Below, in pieces: positions 1 through 11,190 of a DNA stretch of 64,000 bases (the stretch's first letter is position 1; each line of letters starts with the position of its first letter). The DNA is taken from positions 17,298,001 through 17,362,000 of the forward strand of contig JBHGNT010000004.1 in assembly GCA_043228905.1 (NCBI GenBank). The letters are read 5' to 3'. Both the position numbers and the translations under genes were made by a program. This DNA comes from Azolla caroliniana. Taxonomy: Eukaryota; Plantae; Polypodiophyta. The notes under the pieces were generated by a model that did not search any database, was not told the origin of the DNA, and saw nothing but the letters and a program-made list of their open reading frames with translations.

Positions 1-1368
1 ATCCAAGAAATTTATGGATAGTGATGAAAATTAATTTTTTCACCCGTCTGTATAATGTCATTTAGCATGCAGAAGAGGCAAAGACACGAGAGAGATTATA
101 TATAATCACTATTTTCTTGCATTGCAAAATGTAAAGGGGATTTTGATTTCTTCTTTATGTACTGATTGGTGTTTATTCTACTCCATAAAATTGTCAGAGT
201 GTTAAAATATCTGCCCCTCCCTTCTAAGGCCCAATAAAACAAACGTAAAGCGTTGTTTTCTTCTCCGGAATCAACAAAACTACAAACAACAAGGTTTGGG
301 GAGGAAAGAATGGATAGCTCCCATTGGAACCTTGTTGAGAAGGCGCAAACGGAGGGGTGGGTGGGTAAGCACTCCATACATACTCTGTAATGCTCCTTAA
401 AAGAACACTTGGAGCTATTGAGCTAGACAAGCATACCATTCGAAGGTAGGCATTACGATCACCTACTATGCACGTTTACTTGTGAGATTTGAAGTTGGCA
501 TTTGAAACTAGATAGACCACGTAGGTACATTGCACCCAATGAAAAGATACAAAAATGTGCATCCTCACGTTGTGACATGTAGTGATCATGGCCATTTGAC
601 AAAGCTCACCCTCACTTGCCTTATTTATAGACTAGGACCACTACCATTTTGACAAATCCATCTTTTTAGTCATGCTAATGTGTTCTCTATGAGACATGCA
701 TAGTATTGACCATACACCAATAGGAGACACTTGCAATTCTCCTTTTTTGGGAGAAGGATGTGACTAATGATTAAGCAAATGGACGTACAATCAAAGGAAA
801 GAAATGGATTAAGGGCACTTTTTCTCCATAGATGGGTTTTCGAAGTCGACATACGTGATTTGGGAATTGAACACTTTCAAAGTAGGGTGGTTGTTGCATG
901 TAGAATTATTCATTGATTTCACCATGTAAAAATGCCATTTGAACGTCTAAATGATGAAGTTCAAGGTTTAATGATGCAACAAGTCCCACGAGCATACGAA
1001 ACGACTTTATCTTTAGAGTGGGGCTAAAAGTAACTTTGAACTCAATTCCAGGTACTTGCAAGAATCCTCTTGCAACGAGTCAAGCTTTATAATGGAAAGG
1101 CTTGCAAAGAGAATCTCATTTAACTCAGAGTACCCACTTACACGTGACTATCTTCCGGTGTCGTGATGTGGCGTGCTCGAGAGTGGGAAAAACCAGCGAA
1201 AGGGGGGGGGGGGGGGTAAAAATGTGCAAAATAAAAGGGAAAAGAAAGGGTGGAAAGGATGCATAGAAGCCCGTGCAAAAAGTAAGAGAGAAGAGAGATA
1301 AAATGTAGAGGAGAGACGAGCTAAGAATTTATAGAGATAGAATTATATATTACATAAGAGAGAGTTAG

Positions 1369-1422
1369 TGGGCTAGTGGATAGTCACATTGACTACTAAC
1401 TAGAGGTGTATGGTTCCAATCT
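1369..1422 (+). promoter_or_regulatory. tRNA-like Pol III A-box/B-box module in G1 LTR (second copy 8397-8450)
   Basis: A-box TGGGCTAGTGG with a 4-bp D-stem (GGCT/AGTC), variable-loop-like AGGT, B-box GGTTCCAATC (3' copy GGTTCAAACC), at tRNA spacing. Confidence 0.55.
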
Positions 1423-1990
1423 AGTCTTATAGTGTAACGTGATTTAAGGAATTTTATTCCTTTTTTAGTGAAGACAAAATTGGTGACCCCCTTTCTTTTT
1501 TTCCTATAAAAGGAGGTCGAGGGGGGCTCATTCGGGAGGACGTTTTGGGAGGAGGAGACTATCGCCATTTTTCCTTCGGAGCTCTTCATATTCTTCTTCA
1601 CCACTTCTCTTCATCTCATACCCCTTCATCCCCTTATCACCACGTGCTCGTCTTCTTCGCGTCGGCACTCGAAGTGCTCGTGAGCCCAAGCTTCGTTGGT
1701 TCGACGTTGCTTCACCCCGTTCGTCGTTGTGAGCCCGTGTGCTCGCCGTTCGGGTGGTCGTGGTTCGTTGGGGTTGGCATTTTAGTGGTGCTCATGTTTT
1801 CATCTTCGTCGTGGTCGGTTTTGCTCTTGTCCCTAAGGGCATTTAGTATTTATGTTTGATTAAGCCGGTGGTTAGCTAGAAGTTGCTATTGTACTCAAAC
1901 CCTATTTATAAAGGGGCCTCTTGTGTTGGAATCAAACATGTATTTACTCCTTTGGACGATATCATTCGTGTTTGTGTTATCGTCCCCTTG

Positions 1991-2374
1991 GGTTCATAGA
2001 GAGGATTCATAGAGAGAGTTCGTAGAGTGGGTTCGAAGAGAGGATTCGTAGAGAGAGTTCGTAGAGTGTGTTCGAAGAGAGAATTCGTAGAGTGGGTTCG
2101 TAGAGTGGATTCGTAGAGAGAGTTCGTAGAGTGAAGATTCGTAGAGTGAGGATTCATAGAGTAAAGATTCGTAGAGTGTTCCAAGAGAGGATTCGTAGAG
2201 TGGGTTTGTAGAGAGGATTCGTAGAGTGAAGATTCGTAGAGAGAGTTTGTAGAGAGAGTTCGTAGAGTGAGGATTCGTAGAGTGAGGATTCGTAGAGTGA
2301 AGATTCGTAGAGTGAGGATTCGTAAAGTGAAGATTCGTAGAGTGAGGATTTGTAGAGTGAAGATTCGTAGAGTG
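1991..2374. repeat. Minisatellite of 13/15-bp units (GATTCGTAGAGTGAR / GTTCGTAGAGAGA) in G1 5' LTR
   Basis: Directly visible tandem array; homologous array at 18130-18578. Confidence 0.95.
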
Positions 2375-2498
2375 CTTTATATTTATAAGATTTAAAATAA
2401 ATAAATAAATAAATATTTATCCCTTGAGTACTCCCTAGTCCAAGACCCCCGTGGTCTCGCCCAAGTAACACACGCGCGCGAAACTTCGCGACATAAAT

Positions 2499-2516
2499 TG
2501 GTGAACCCAACGTGAA
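2499..2516 (+). promoter_or_regulatory. Primer-binding site complementary to tRNA-Trp
   Basis: TGGTGAACCCAACGTGAA versus the reverse complement of the plant tRNA-Trp(CCA) 3' end as recalled (TGGTGAACCCGACGTGAA), 1 mismatch. Confidence 0.85.
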
Positions 2517-2538
2517 AGGGTAGCAAGGGAGAACCAAG

Positions 2539-4680
2539 ATGCAAGGAGGAGAACTCGCTGAAACGAAGGTGGCGGCGGTGGACTACTCGGTAAATGCCCG
2601 AGAAGGCATCACCGTCCTAGAGCAGGCCATAGAGACGATGGTCAGCACAACGGGTCGGTTTAATGGAAGAGATATCGCGAGCTACTTGGATGCCTATAAG
2701 GCCGAAATGCTTATGCGAAACGTCCTCGAAGATAGGCGGCTAACCGGATTCGCTAGAGTGCTAACGCCGAGTATCCACGTAGAAGTATTCGAGATCCAAG
2801 CGGATTGTTGCAATTGGGTGGAGTTCGAAGAAAGACTCCTCGAGAAGTACGACGTTGATGACTCACTCAGAATTTCGAAAAGGGATCTAATGGACTGGTT
2901 TGAGCTTCCCAGCAAGGGGAGAAATACTATGCTACTTTTACAAGAATTTGAGAAGCGCTTCGGGCGACTCTCGGTTCTCGATAGGATGGTGCTTGACACA
3001 AGCAAGGTCCTACTATTCATAAGGACTGTTGATGCACGAGACCGAGAGAAGGTGGGGTCCCTCCTTGAAACTGATGATGGGCTCACGACGGATTGGGCTA
3101 TGGTAAAACGGGTTTGTAGCCACTTCGATAAGAGAAGGGAATGGAATGACGGGTCTCCATTGAGCGGCCAAACATCCACAGGCTCCATTAGTGAGACACA
3201 CGAACCCAGGGGTGGTAGAATACCTCAAGATAGAGAGCAAGCAAATGCAAGGTTCGTCCCTGAGAGAAACGTGGTTGAAGCACCGTCGGGAGGGTTGGAA
3301 ATAGACGAGCTCACAAAGATGGTGCGAGATCTCCAAATAGCGCAAGCTAGGAGAGAGAGTGGGGGCCCTCAAGATCAACGTCCCCTGTTCACGCAAAGAT
3401 GTATGTGGTGCGACAACCCCGACCACCTACAAAGGGAGTGTGGAAACTTTCAAGAGGCCCTAAGAAAGGATATTGTTTATCTTTGGAACAATAGGGTCTA
3501 TTCGACGGAGACAAGGAGCCCCTTGGGATTGAATCAAGGCCAAGGGGGCATGAGAAGGCTAATGGAGGAGGCCGGAGCATGACATGTTGAAGCCATCCAC
3601 TACTCGGCATCGGCTGGGATCCGAGTGGGGAAAGAGGTGAGGAGGCAAGAGGAGAAAGAGTTTGACTTTTGGCCGTCAATCCTTGGAAGCCTCTCTAAGG
3701 GGAAGTTCAAAAGAGAAGAAGCGGAAAGAAGGGTTCAAGAAGCAACCGGATGGAAGGATCTGGTGGAAGAAAAGATAGGCTTAGTGGAAGCCGCTTGCCA
3801 AAACTACGAAGTAATGGTAGAAGAGAAGAAGGTAGGAAATGATGAGGGAGCCGGTCCATCAAGGAAATACGACGCTCGAGGTGCACGAAGAAGGGAAGAG
3901 CCAAACCAGTCTCAAGCACACGACAAAATATGGAAAGAGAAGGGGAACCCCCCCAACTTCAAGGTTTGCTCGGAGATCGAACAAGCAACGGACTTGAAGA
4001 AGGTAGTGGAAGAAAGGATCCTCGATAGTCGTGTAGAGTTTACTCTGCAAAAGGTCCTCGGAATTGCCAAGAAAGAATTCCACGAGGTCATCATCGACCT
4101 AATGAAGAGGAAGTAGCTCTCGACGGAGCAAGAAGTGGCAAAGCCCGCGATTGTAAATGCATTGTCAACCGAGATTCCCGAGGAAGACGAAGACTATGCG
4201 GACAGTCACTACACAGGGCTGCATTGGGCGAGAGCGACAACGGAGACACCGGTATGGGTCGGAGATGTAAAAGAGCCGGTTGTAGCATTGATCGACCATG
4301 GCTCTGAGATCAACCTTATGTCCATGGATTTTTATAAAAAGGGAAAGTGGCCGATCAACACGAAGCACGGGTGGAAGATTAGAGCAGCGACCCGAGCAAC
4401 CGAGGAGCTATACGGGGCTCGCCCGAATGTACGTGTGAAGGTGGGGGACGTAGAAATAGATCAACATTTCTTTGTTCAAGAGACGTCCTCACATCCGGTC
4501 ATCTTGGGTGAACCATACATCACGGCGGCTTGCATGGAGACGAAGGTGCTAGACAACGGGCCGGCATATGCGAGGGTCAAGAGCCAAGATGGGAAGCATT
4601 TGGTCCAATTCCTTACGGTGAGGCCCAACCATGAGCACAATCGAGCCTCCCTCAATGGGGAGAGCCAAGAGGATTTTTAA
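2539..4680 (+). pseudogene. G1 gag-protease, with in-frame stops at 3582 and 4116
   Basis: Three same-frame ORFs; zinc knuckle CMWCDNPDHLQREC; aspartic protease motif LIDHGSEIN...VILG. Confidence 0.85.
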
Positions 4681-7600
4681 TTCGGGCTATTAAAGAGTGG
4701 GGTCGCAATAGTTTGAGGCAAACTGAGACCCTAAACCCTTGTAAAACTATTAAATGTAATAGGAAACAGTTATGGTTCTCCGAAAATGGAGCTTGTAAAA
4801 TTACTAGTTTAAGTGATAGAGATAAGTCTAGGGCCAAGAGATACGAAAGGTATCTCAAACAATGTAATTTATTGGGGGAAGATGACACCATATGTGGCGC
4901 CATGGAGGCGGTCTCGTTCGACGACACTCTCAGAGAGATGGAGAGGGTAGTCGTTTCGGGCCTCAATGAAGACAAGGTAATTCCAGTCAACTCAGTTGAC
5001 ATGTACACCGCCATCGAAGAGCTTGGGTGGTTGATTGAGGAAGCAAGGACGGTCAAGGCGCAAACAAAGTACAAGACCGTGGACAAGAAGGTGAAGCCTG
5101 TGGCTGCCCCATTGCCTAACGATAGTTGGGATCGGATAAAGGGGGTTGCGGCTGATCCTAGCTTGCGGGACCCACGAGGCATAGGGCACTGGTTCACCGA
5201 CGAGACGCGACAGAAGCTCCGGATTGGTGGGGGTGGTTTCCTATTGCCTAGGGAGGAGGAAAGATTTAGAAGGATGATCGAAAACCATGGAAGGGCTTTC
5301 GCCTTCTCGTCGGGTGAGATAGGGTGTGTAAACCCTAAGATCATGGAGCCAATGGTGATCTTTATGGTGCTGCATGTACCGTGGAACATCAAGTCAATCC
5401 CGGTTCGAGAGCTCACATCCCGAAGTTGATTGAGCTACTCAAGGAAAAGATCGAGATGGGTATCCTCGAGCCATCAAGCGCCCCATACTCGAATTGGTGG
5501 TTCACTGTGCCAAAGAAGAACGGCACCTTACGCTTCATCCAAGACCTATAACCTGTTAATCAAGTGACAATTCAAAATGCGGGGGTCGGTCCGAGCGTTG
5601 ATGAATTCGCCGAGGCCTTCGCTGGAAGGTCTATTTATTTGATCGGTGATCTAGTGCGAATGTGTACCTTGCCACAAGGAGGCACTAACTCTGTAGCCCA
5701 CATGGTAAATGCAATGAACAAGGTATTGAGAGATTGCATCCCCGACATCACCATGCCGTTCCTCGATGACATCCCCATAAAAGGGTGCTCTGAAACGGAG
5801 AAAGATGAAACCTTGGACGAGGATGGGTGCAGACATTTTGTGGCATATCACATCTCCGATTGCGAGAAGATTCTACAAAGACTCGAAGATGCACGCTTGA
5901 CCTTCTCAGGTGAGAAATCGGCATTCGGCCAACCGGAGATCCTTGTGGTGGGACACTTGTGCGGGGCGTACGGACGGAAGCCGTCCCCGGCAAAGGTGGA
6001 CGCCATCACAGACATGAGGGAAGAATGTAAATCGCAAACAAAGGTGAGGCGATTTCTTGGTGCCTGTGCATTCCACCACATCTGGATCCCGCACTATGCT
6101 CACCTAGCCGAGCCCTTGTATGGGCTACTCAAGAAGGGGCGGAAGTTCAAGTGGGAGGAAGAGCATACCGAGGCAATGAAGAGGCTCAAAGGAATGTTGG
6201 TAGCGGCACCAACTTTACGAAAAGCCGTATACAAGGAAGGGGTGCCCATCTACGTGACGGTAGATATGAGTCCAACTGGGATCGGATGGGTCATAAACCA
6301 AGAAGGAGAGGATGGTACACGCTACGCCATCCGGTTCGGAGCCAAGGTCTTAAGTGAGCGACAACGAGGATACGCCCAAGTAAAACGTGAGCTTTGGGGA
6401 ATTGTGTCCGCATTAAAGGCGGATAAAGATTACCTAATCTGGTCAGAGGTGGTAATAGAGACGGATTGCCTTCCAATCCTAGGGATAGTTTCAGGATGTG
6501 CAACACCTGACCTAGCTATGCTAAGGTGGATTGCTTACATCAAATCGATGAACTCGGAGATTCACCACATTTCAGGGAAATATAATGCCATGGCAGATAT
6601 GCTATCGAAGGCAAGATTTGAGGGCGAATGCGACATGGTGTCTGAAGATGAGGATGTCGCACTTGACTTCTTTATGATGCCAAACGTCTATAGATGATCG
6701 AGATGTACGAGTACTCCATGCCTTCAATGAAAGTGAATACGAAGGGGAGTGGCTACACATTGGCAAGTTCTTAAGCTCAATGATAGTGGATAGTTCATGG
6801 TCGAAGCAGGAAGCACAGAGAGTCCGAAAGAAAGCATACAAGTACTTCCTATGAGGGGGATTCCTCTGGAGGCACCCGAAGAGAAGGACGGGGACACCAC
6901 AACGAGTGGTGATAAAGGAGGAAGACCAGACAACATTGGTGTCTGAGTTCCACGAGAGTCCTTGGGCGGGCCATAGAGGAACGTGGGCAACATTTGAGAA
7001 GTTAAAGGAGAAGTATTGGTGGCCGGGAATGTACAAGAATGTCACCCATTTCGTGGGGATGTGTGAAAGCTACTAGATACACTCCAACATACGCCATAGG
7101 GACGAGTTGCACTCGACCTACCCACTCACCATACACTTCAAATGGATGGTGGATTTGGTTTCGATGCCAATGGGAGTGGGCCAAATGAAATATTTGGTGC
7201 TAGCAAGAGAAGACCTAACAAACCAAGTAGAAGGGTGAGCCTTAGCAAACAAAACGACAGTGGGGGTGTGTAAATTCTTACTCGAGGATGTCATCTGCCG
7301 GTACGGATGTGTGGGAAAGATAGTGGCCGACAGAGGAGAGCTGAACGCTCATGAAGCTACAGAGCTCTTTGACCGACTTGGAGTGAAGCTCTCTCTCACG
7401 ACCGCTTATAACTTGGAGGCTAATGGAAGGATAGAACGTGGACATGGGCCTATCGTAAAACCCATTGTAAGAGCTTGTGATGGGCGAGTTGGGAATTGGC
7501 CTCGGTTACTACCTTATGCCTTGTGGGCCGACAGAACAACTCATAGCTCAGTTACAGGTTTCATGCCAGCTGAACTCATGTACGGACAAAAGCCGGTGAT

Positions 7601-8088
7601 GCCTATTGAAGACATGGGTAGCGATGCCGTGGGAAAACGAGATGAGTCGAGAAGAGCTTCTAGCCACAAGGATAAGGTAACTTGAGAGAAGACTCCAAGA
7701 CTTGGAGTTGGCAAAGGAGAGGTTAGAAGCGGCTAGGCTAAGTAACAAAGCCCGATTCGACAAGACACACCAACTACGCCCTCGGAAAATTGAAGAAGGA
7801 GACGGGGTGATTGTTTATGATAGTAGTCTCGACAATCAACATAGCTCGATGCGGAAATTCGCAAAGCGATGGTTCGGGCCGTACGTGGTGACGAGTGCAA
7901 ATGATAATGCTACCTACCACCTCTCTGAACTTGATGGGACTAAGTTGGCAGTACCAATAGCAGGGAAGCGGGTCAAAATCTTCAAAAAGCGACATGATAG
8001 GGAGCCAAACCTCGATGACCTTGACGAAGATAAAGACGAGCAAACAACAAGTCACGGGGTCAATGAGGAGGAGGAAATGAACTATTGA
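4681..8088 (+). pseudogene. G1 pol (RT-RNase H-integrase), with frameshifts, stops and an internal RT deletion
   Basis: LPQGGTNS and FLDD RT motifs; RNase H VVIETDC and NAMADMLS; integrase IVADRG...NGRIER and WFGPY; no chromodomain seen. Confidence 0.88.
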
Positions 8089-8572
8089 CCACCCTCGGCC
8101 CGCCATTCTTGGCACATACTGGAGGATGTGCGGTTTGGTGGGGGTGGATGTCGTGATGTGGCGTGCTCGAGGGTGGGAAAAACCCGGTGAAAGGTGGGGG
8201 GTCAAAAATGTACATGTGCAATGTGTGCACACAAAGCGATTAGTTGTGCATATGCAAAATAAAAGGGAAAAGAAAGGGTGGAAAGGATGCATAGAAGCCC
8301 GTGCAAAAAGTAAGAGAGAAGAGAGATAAAATGTAGAGGAGAGACAAGCTAAGAATTTATAGAGATAGAATTATATATTGCATAAGAGGGAGTTAGTGGG
8401 CCAGTGGATAGTCATGTTGACTACTAGCTAGAGGTCCATGGTTCAAACCTAGTCTTATAGTGCAACGTTGTCGTAGTGTATTTTGTACACTACGTGAAAA
8501 ACTTATAAAGTATCGATTTAATAAATATGAATAAATAGTAGAAAATATCAAAATGTATATAACATGCATAGG

Positions 8573-8629
8573 GCAAGATTCAAACCTTGCACCTCCATGT
8601 TAATAATATAATGTCTTACCATTACACTA
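8573..8629 (-). promoter_or_regulatory. tRNA-like A-box/B-box module in G2 LTR, antisense (copies ~11409-11465 and ~20722-20778)
   Basis: Minus strand reads TAGTGTAATGGTAAGAC...GGAGGTGCAAGGTTTGAATCTTGC. Confidence 0.55.
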
Positions 8630-9276
8630 GCATTTCATTAGTGTTTAAAAATAGATGTTCCACATAGAAAGGTAAGTTCACGCTAGGATAAACTTTAGAA
8701 AAACACATAATAAAAGAAAAAGCTACACATGCCCATGTAGCGTGCATGAACACTATAGTCAATAAAAAAAATGCACAAGTTAGGAAAAGCATGATCACTT
8801 TAGATAAAGCATATAGTCTATCTATAGAAAAAGCATGGAGTCTATAGTTAGAGAAAACGCATGGGTTGCAAAAGACTCTCTCATCTCTATATAAGGATGA
8901 GGAGCACAATGTAATAGGTGTGTGAAATATTTGAAAATTGGATATATTTCCGAAAACACCAACCGATTAATATAATTGTGGGATTCACGAAAATAATATA
9001 ATCTATACTTGTGGGATTCACAAGTTTCTTATATCTTTCTTTCAATCTAAATACATATTCTTATCTAAATATTGATTAATCGAATACAATACACTCGTGG
9101 GATTCACGAAATTTCTATCTCTCTTTCTAATAATCTATTCATCACTAGCCTCATCTCATATTCTTCTTTCTCCTAGTCCAAAACCTCAATGGTTCCCACC
9201 CGGCTCACGCAAACGATCTAACGCTGAAAGGCACGACACATTTGGTGAACTTGACGTGAAGACGGGTGGCAAGGGG

Positions 9277-11190
9277 ATGGAGAATCAACAAGAGGTGATG
9301 AACATGATGATGATGGTTGAGCGGATGCAACAAGAACAACGCGCGATGACGGAGATGAAGGCGGCAGTAGAGCGGCTTGTGCGACGAAATGGGGAATTCA
9401 ACGGAAATGATGTGTCACGCTATCTACGTGACTACAAAGGGGAGATGATGCGATGTGGGATACCGGAAGGATTGCAAGTGATATCCTTTAGTCGGGTAGC
9501 CACGGATGAGTTACAAGAAAGAATCTACAAGATACGGCAACAAAACCCAACATGGGGGTCCTTTGAAGAAGCTTTACGAGAGGCATATGACTACGAGAGA
9601 TCGAAGGGACGAGATCGACGCGAGTTTGACGAATGGGTGGCATCGGAGAAGACCCACCGAAGTGCAACACAAGCATTCCTAGAGTTCGAGCATCATTTTG
9701 CTCGAATCTCGGAGCGGGAACAAAGATTGGTGGGGGAGGATAAAGTCCTAATGTTCGTAAAATCGATCGATCGAAAAGAAAGGAAGGACATTGGGATTGA
9801 ACTCGAAGACGATGACGGTACGAATGGTCTTACCGAAGATTGGGCCGAAGTCCAAAGGGTATGCCGGAGACATGATGAGAGGAAGATGAGAATCTTGTCA
9901 ACGACATGGCCGATGAAGGATGGTCGATTGAAGACAAACGATGGAGCCGATATGAAGGCCGAAATACAACATGATGGTGCGACGGAAGAGGGTGTAAAAC
10001 AAGCTACCCTCTTGTCTTGCGAAAGAACAATGACGAAGGATAAGGACGATAACCCAAGTGTAGAAGAAGATTTCAGAATACAAGTGTCCGAAATATCGGG
10101 TGAAAAAGAGGTAAGCATAATTGATGCAGTGAAAGAGAGCAAGGAGGACTTGATTGAGGAGGTCGCCACGAAAGATGACATCGAATCAAAGGTGGCTATG
10201 GACAAATCAACGACGGATGGCCATATCGAGACTTCCCCACCACTGATTCCAGAGACTCCGGCGGTTGCGTTCGAAAGGCAACGTGAGACCGAAGAGACGG
10301 AAGGTGGCGGAGAGACATTAAAGGTCGAAGCCGATGCGTATGATGGAGAGATAGCCGAGAATATGGCTATGGGTGAAACAACGGAGGATGATAATACCAA
10401 GGATTCCTACCCACTAATTCTAGAGACTTCGGCGGTTGTGTCCGAGAACCAACGTGAGATTGGAGAGACGGGAGGTGGCAACAAGGAAGGTAAAGTCGGA
10501 AGCCGGTTCGGATGGAAGATGATCCGTCTGAAATTCCGATGTAAACAAAAGCACGACAACGCGAAGGTCGGGTCTACGATGGGAGAAGCATGTAATACGG
10601 AGCACGTGCTACGGCACCAAAAGAAGCACGTGCTACGGCGTAAAGAGAAGCACACACTACGGCGCAAAAAGAAGCACGCGCTATGGTGCAAAAAGAAGCA
10701 TGCACTACGGGGTAATACGACGCATGCACTACGATGGAATACGAAGCATGCGCTACGGCCTAATACGACGCATGCGCAACATCGAGAAATAAAGCATGCA
10801 TTAAAGCTGCACAAGGACCTAATAGCGAGCGCGTATTCGGAGGTCGACATCGACGCGTGGGTAGAACCTACGGAAGACAAGCGCGGAGTGGAGAGAGACA
10901 ACACACCGAGATGCTCAAGAGTACCACAAGGGACCATGACAACCACTCATGGCAATGCAAAGAATGAACGAAGATTATGGTGGATCGGATGGCGACAATG
11001 GTTCGGGTGGAAAGAAGGGATGTGCTCAAAATGGAGAGACAAAGCTGACATAGCAAGAGAAACGAAGGGTACAACAAGTAATGAAGAATTACGAGGTCTG
11101 GTAACCGGAGACCGGATAGAGCCGGCAACTGAACTGAACCGGAAACCGGGCGGAGTCGGCAACCAAAAACCGGAGACCGAACGGGGCTGA
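9277..11190 (+). CDS. Gag-like protein (637 aa) with an acidic region and a basic 8-aa HALR repeat
   Basis: ATG just after the PBS. GEFNGNDVSRYLRDYKGEM and KVLMFVKSID...GLTEDW align with G1 Gag (GRFNGRDIASYLDAYKAEM; KVLLFIRTVD...GLTTDW). No internal stops. Confidence 0.8.
   Translation: MENQQEVMNMMMMVERMQQEQRAMTEMKAAVERLVRRNGEFNGNDVSRYLRDYKGEMMRCGIPEGLQVISFSRVATDELQERIYKIRQQNPTWGSFEEALREAYDYERSKGRDRREFDEWVASEKTHRSATQAFLEFEHHFARISEREQRLVGEDKVLMFVKSIDRKERKDIGIELEDDDGTNGLTEDWAEVQRVCRRHDERKMRILSTTWPMKDGRLKTNDGADMKAEIQHDGATEEGVKQATLLSCERTMTKDKDDNPSVEEDFRIQVSEISGEKEVSIIDAVKESKEDLIEEVATKDDIESKVAMDKSTTDGHIETSPPLIPETPAVAFERQRETEETEGGGETLKVEADAYDGEIAENMAMGETTEDDNTKDSYPLILETSAVVSENQREIGETGGGNKEGKVGSRFGWKMIRLKFRCKQKHDNAKVGSTMGEACNTEHVLRHQKKHVLRRKEKHTLRRKKKHALWCKKKHALRGNTTHALRWNTKHALRPNTTHAQHREIKHALKLHKDLIASAYSEVDIDAWVEPTEDKRGVERDNTPRCSRVPQGTMTTTHGNAKNERRLWWIGWRQWFGWKEGMCSKWRDKADIARETKGTTSNEELRGLVTGDRIEPATELNRKPGGVGNQKPETERG
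10603..10810 (+). repeat. 9 x 24-bp coding tandem repeat (H[AVT]LRxxxK/T)
   Basis: His codons at 10603, 10627, ... 10795, period 24 bp. Confidence 0.9.

Larger units (their letters stand above)
1159..2493 (+). repeat. G1 5' LTR
   Basis: Matches the split 3' copy (8149-8468 + 12080-12450 + 17951-18697); TATA-like CTATAAAA at ~1504. Confidence 0.92.

Noticed and set aside
1991-2374. Possible CRISPR array
   Set aside because: Units are directly adjacent with no unique spacers; no cas genes; eukaryotic LTR context.
1906-2537. ORFs with (YESSL)n / (TNLHS)n repeats, also at 18116-18735
   Set aside because: Translations of the LTR minisatellite; frames differ between the two LTR copies.
9097-9276. 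Signal-peptide-like N-terminal extension of the 697-aa ORF
   Set aside because: Starts at a GTG inside the LTR, upstream of the PBS; the ATG at 9277 matches the start position of G1 gag.
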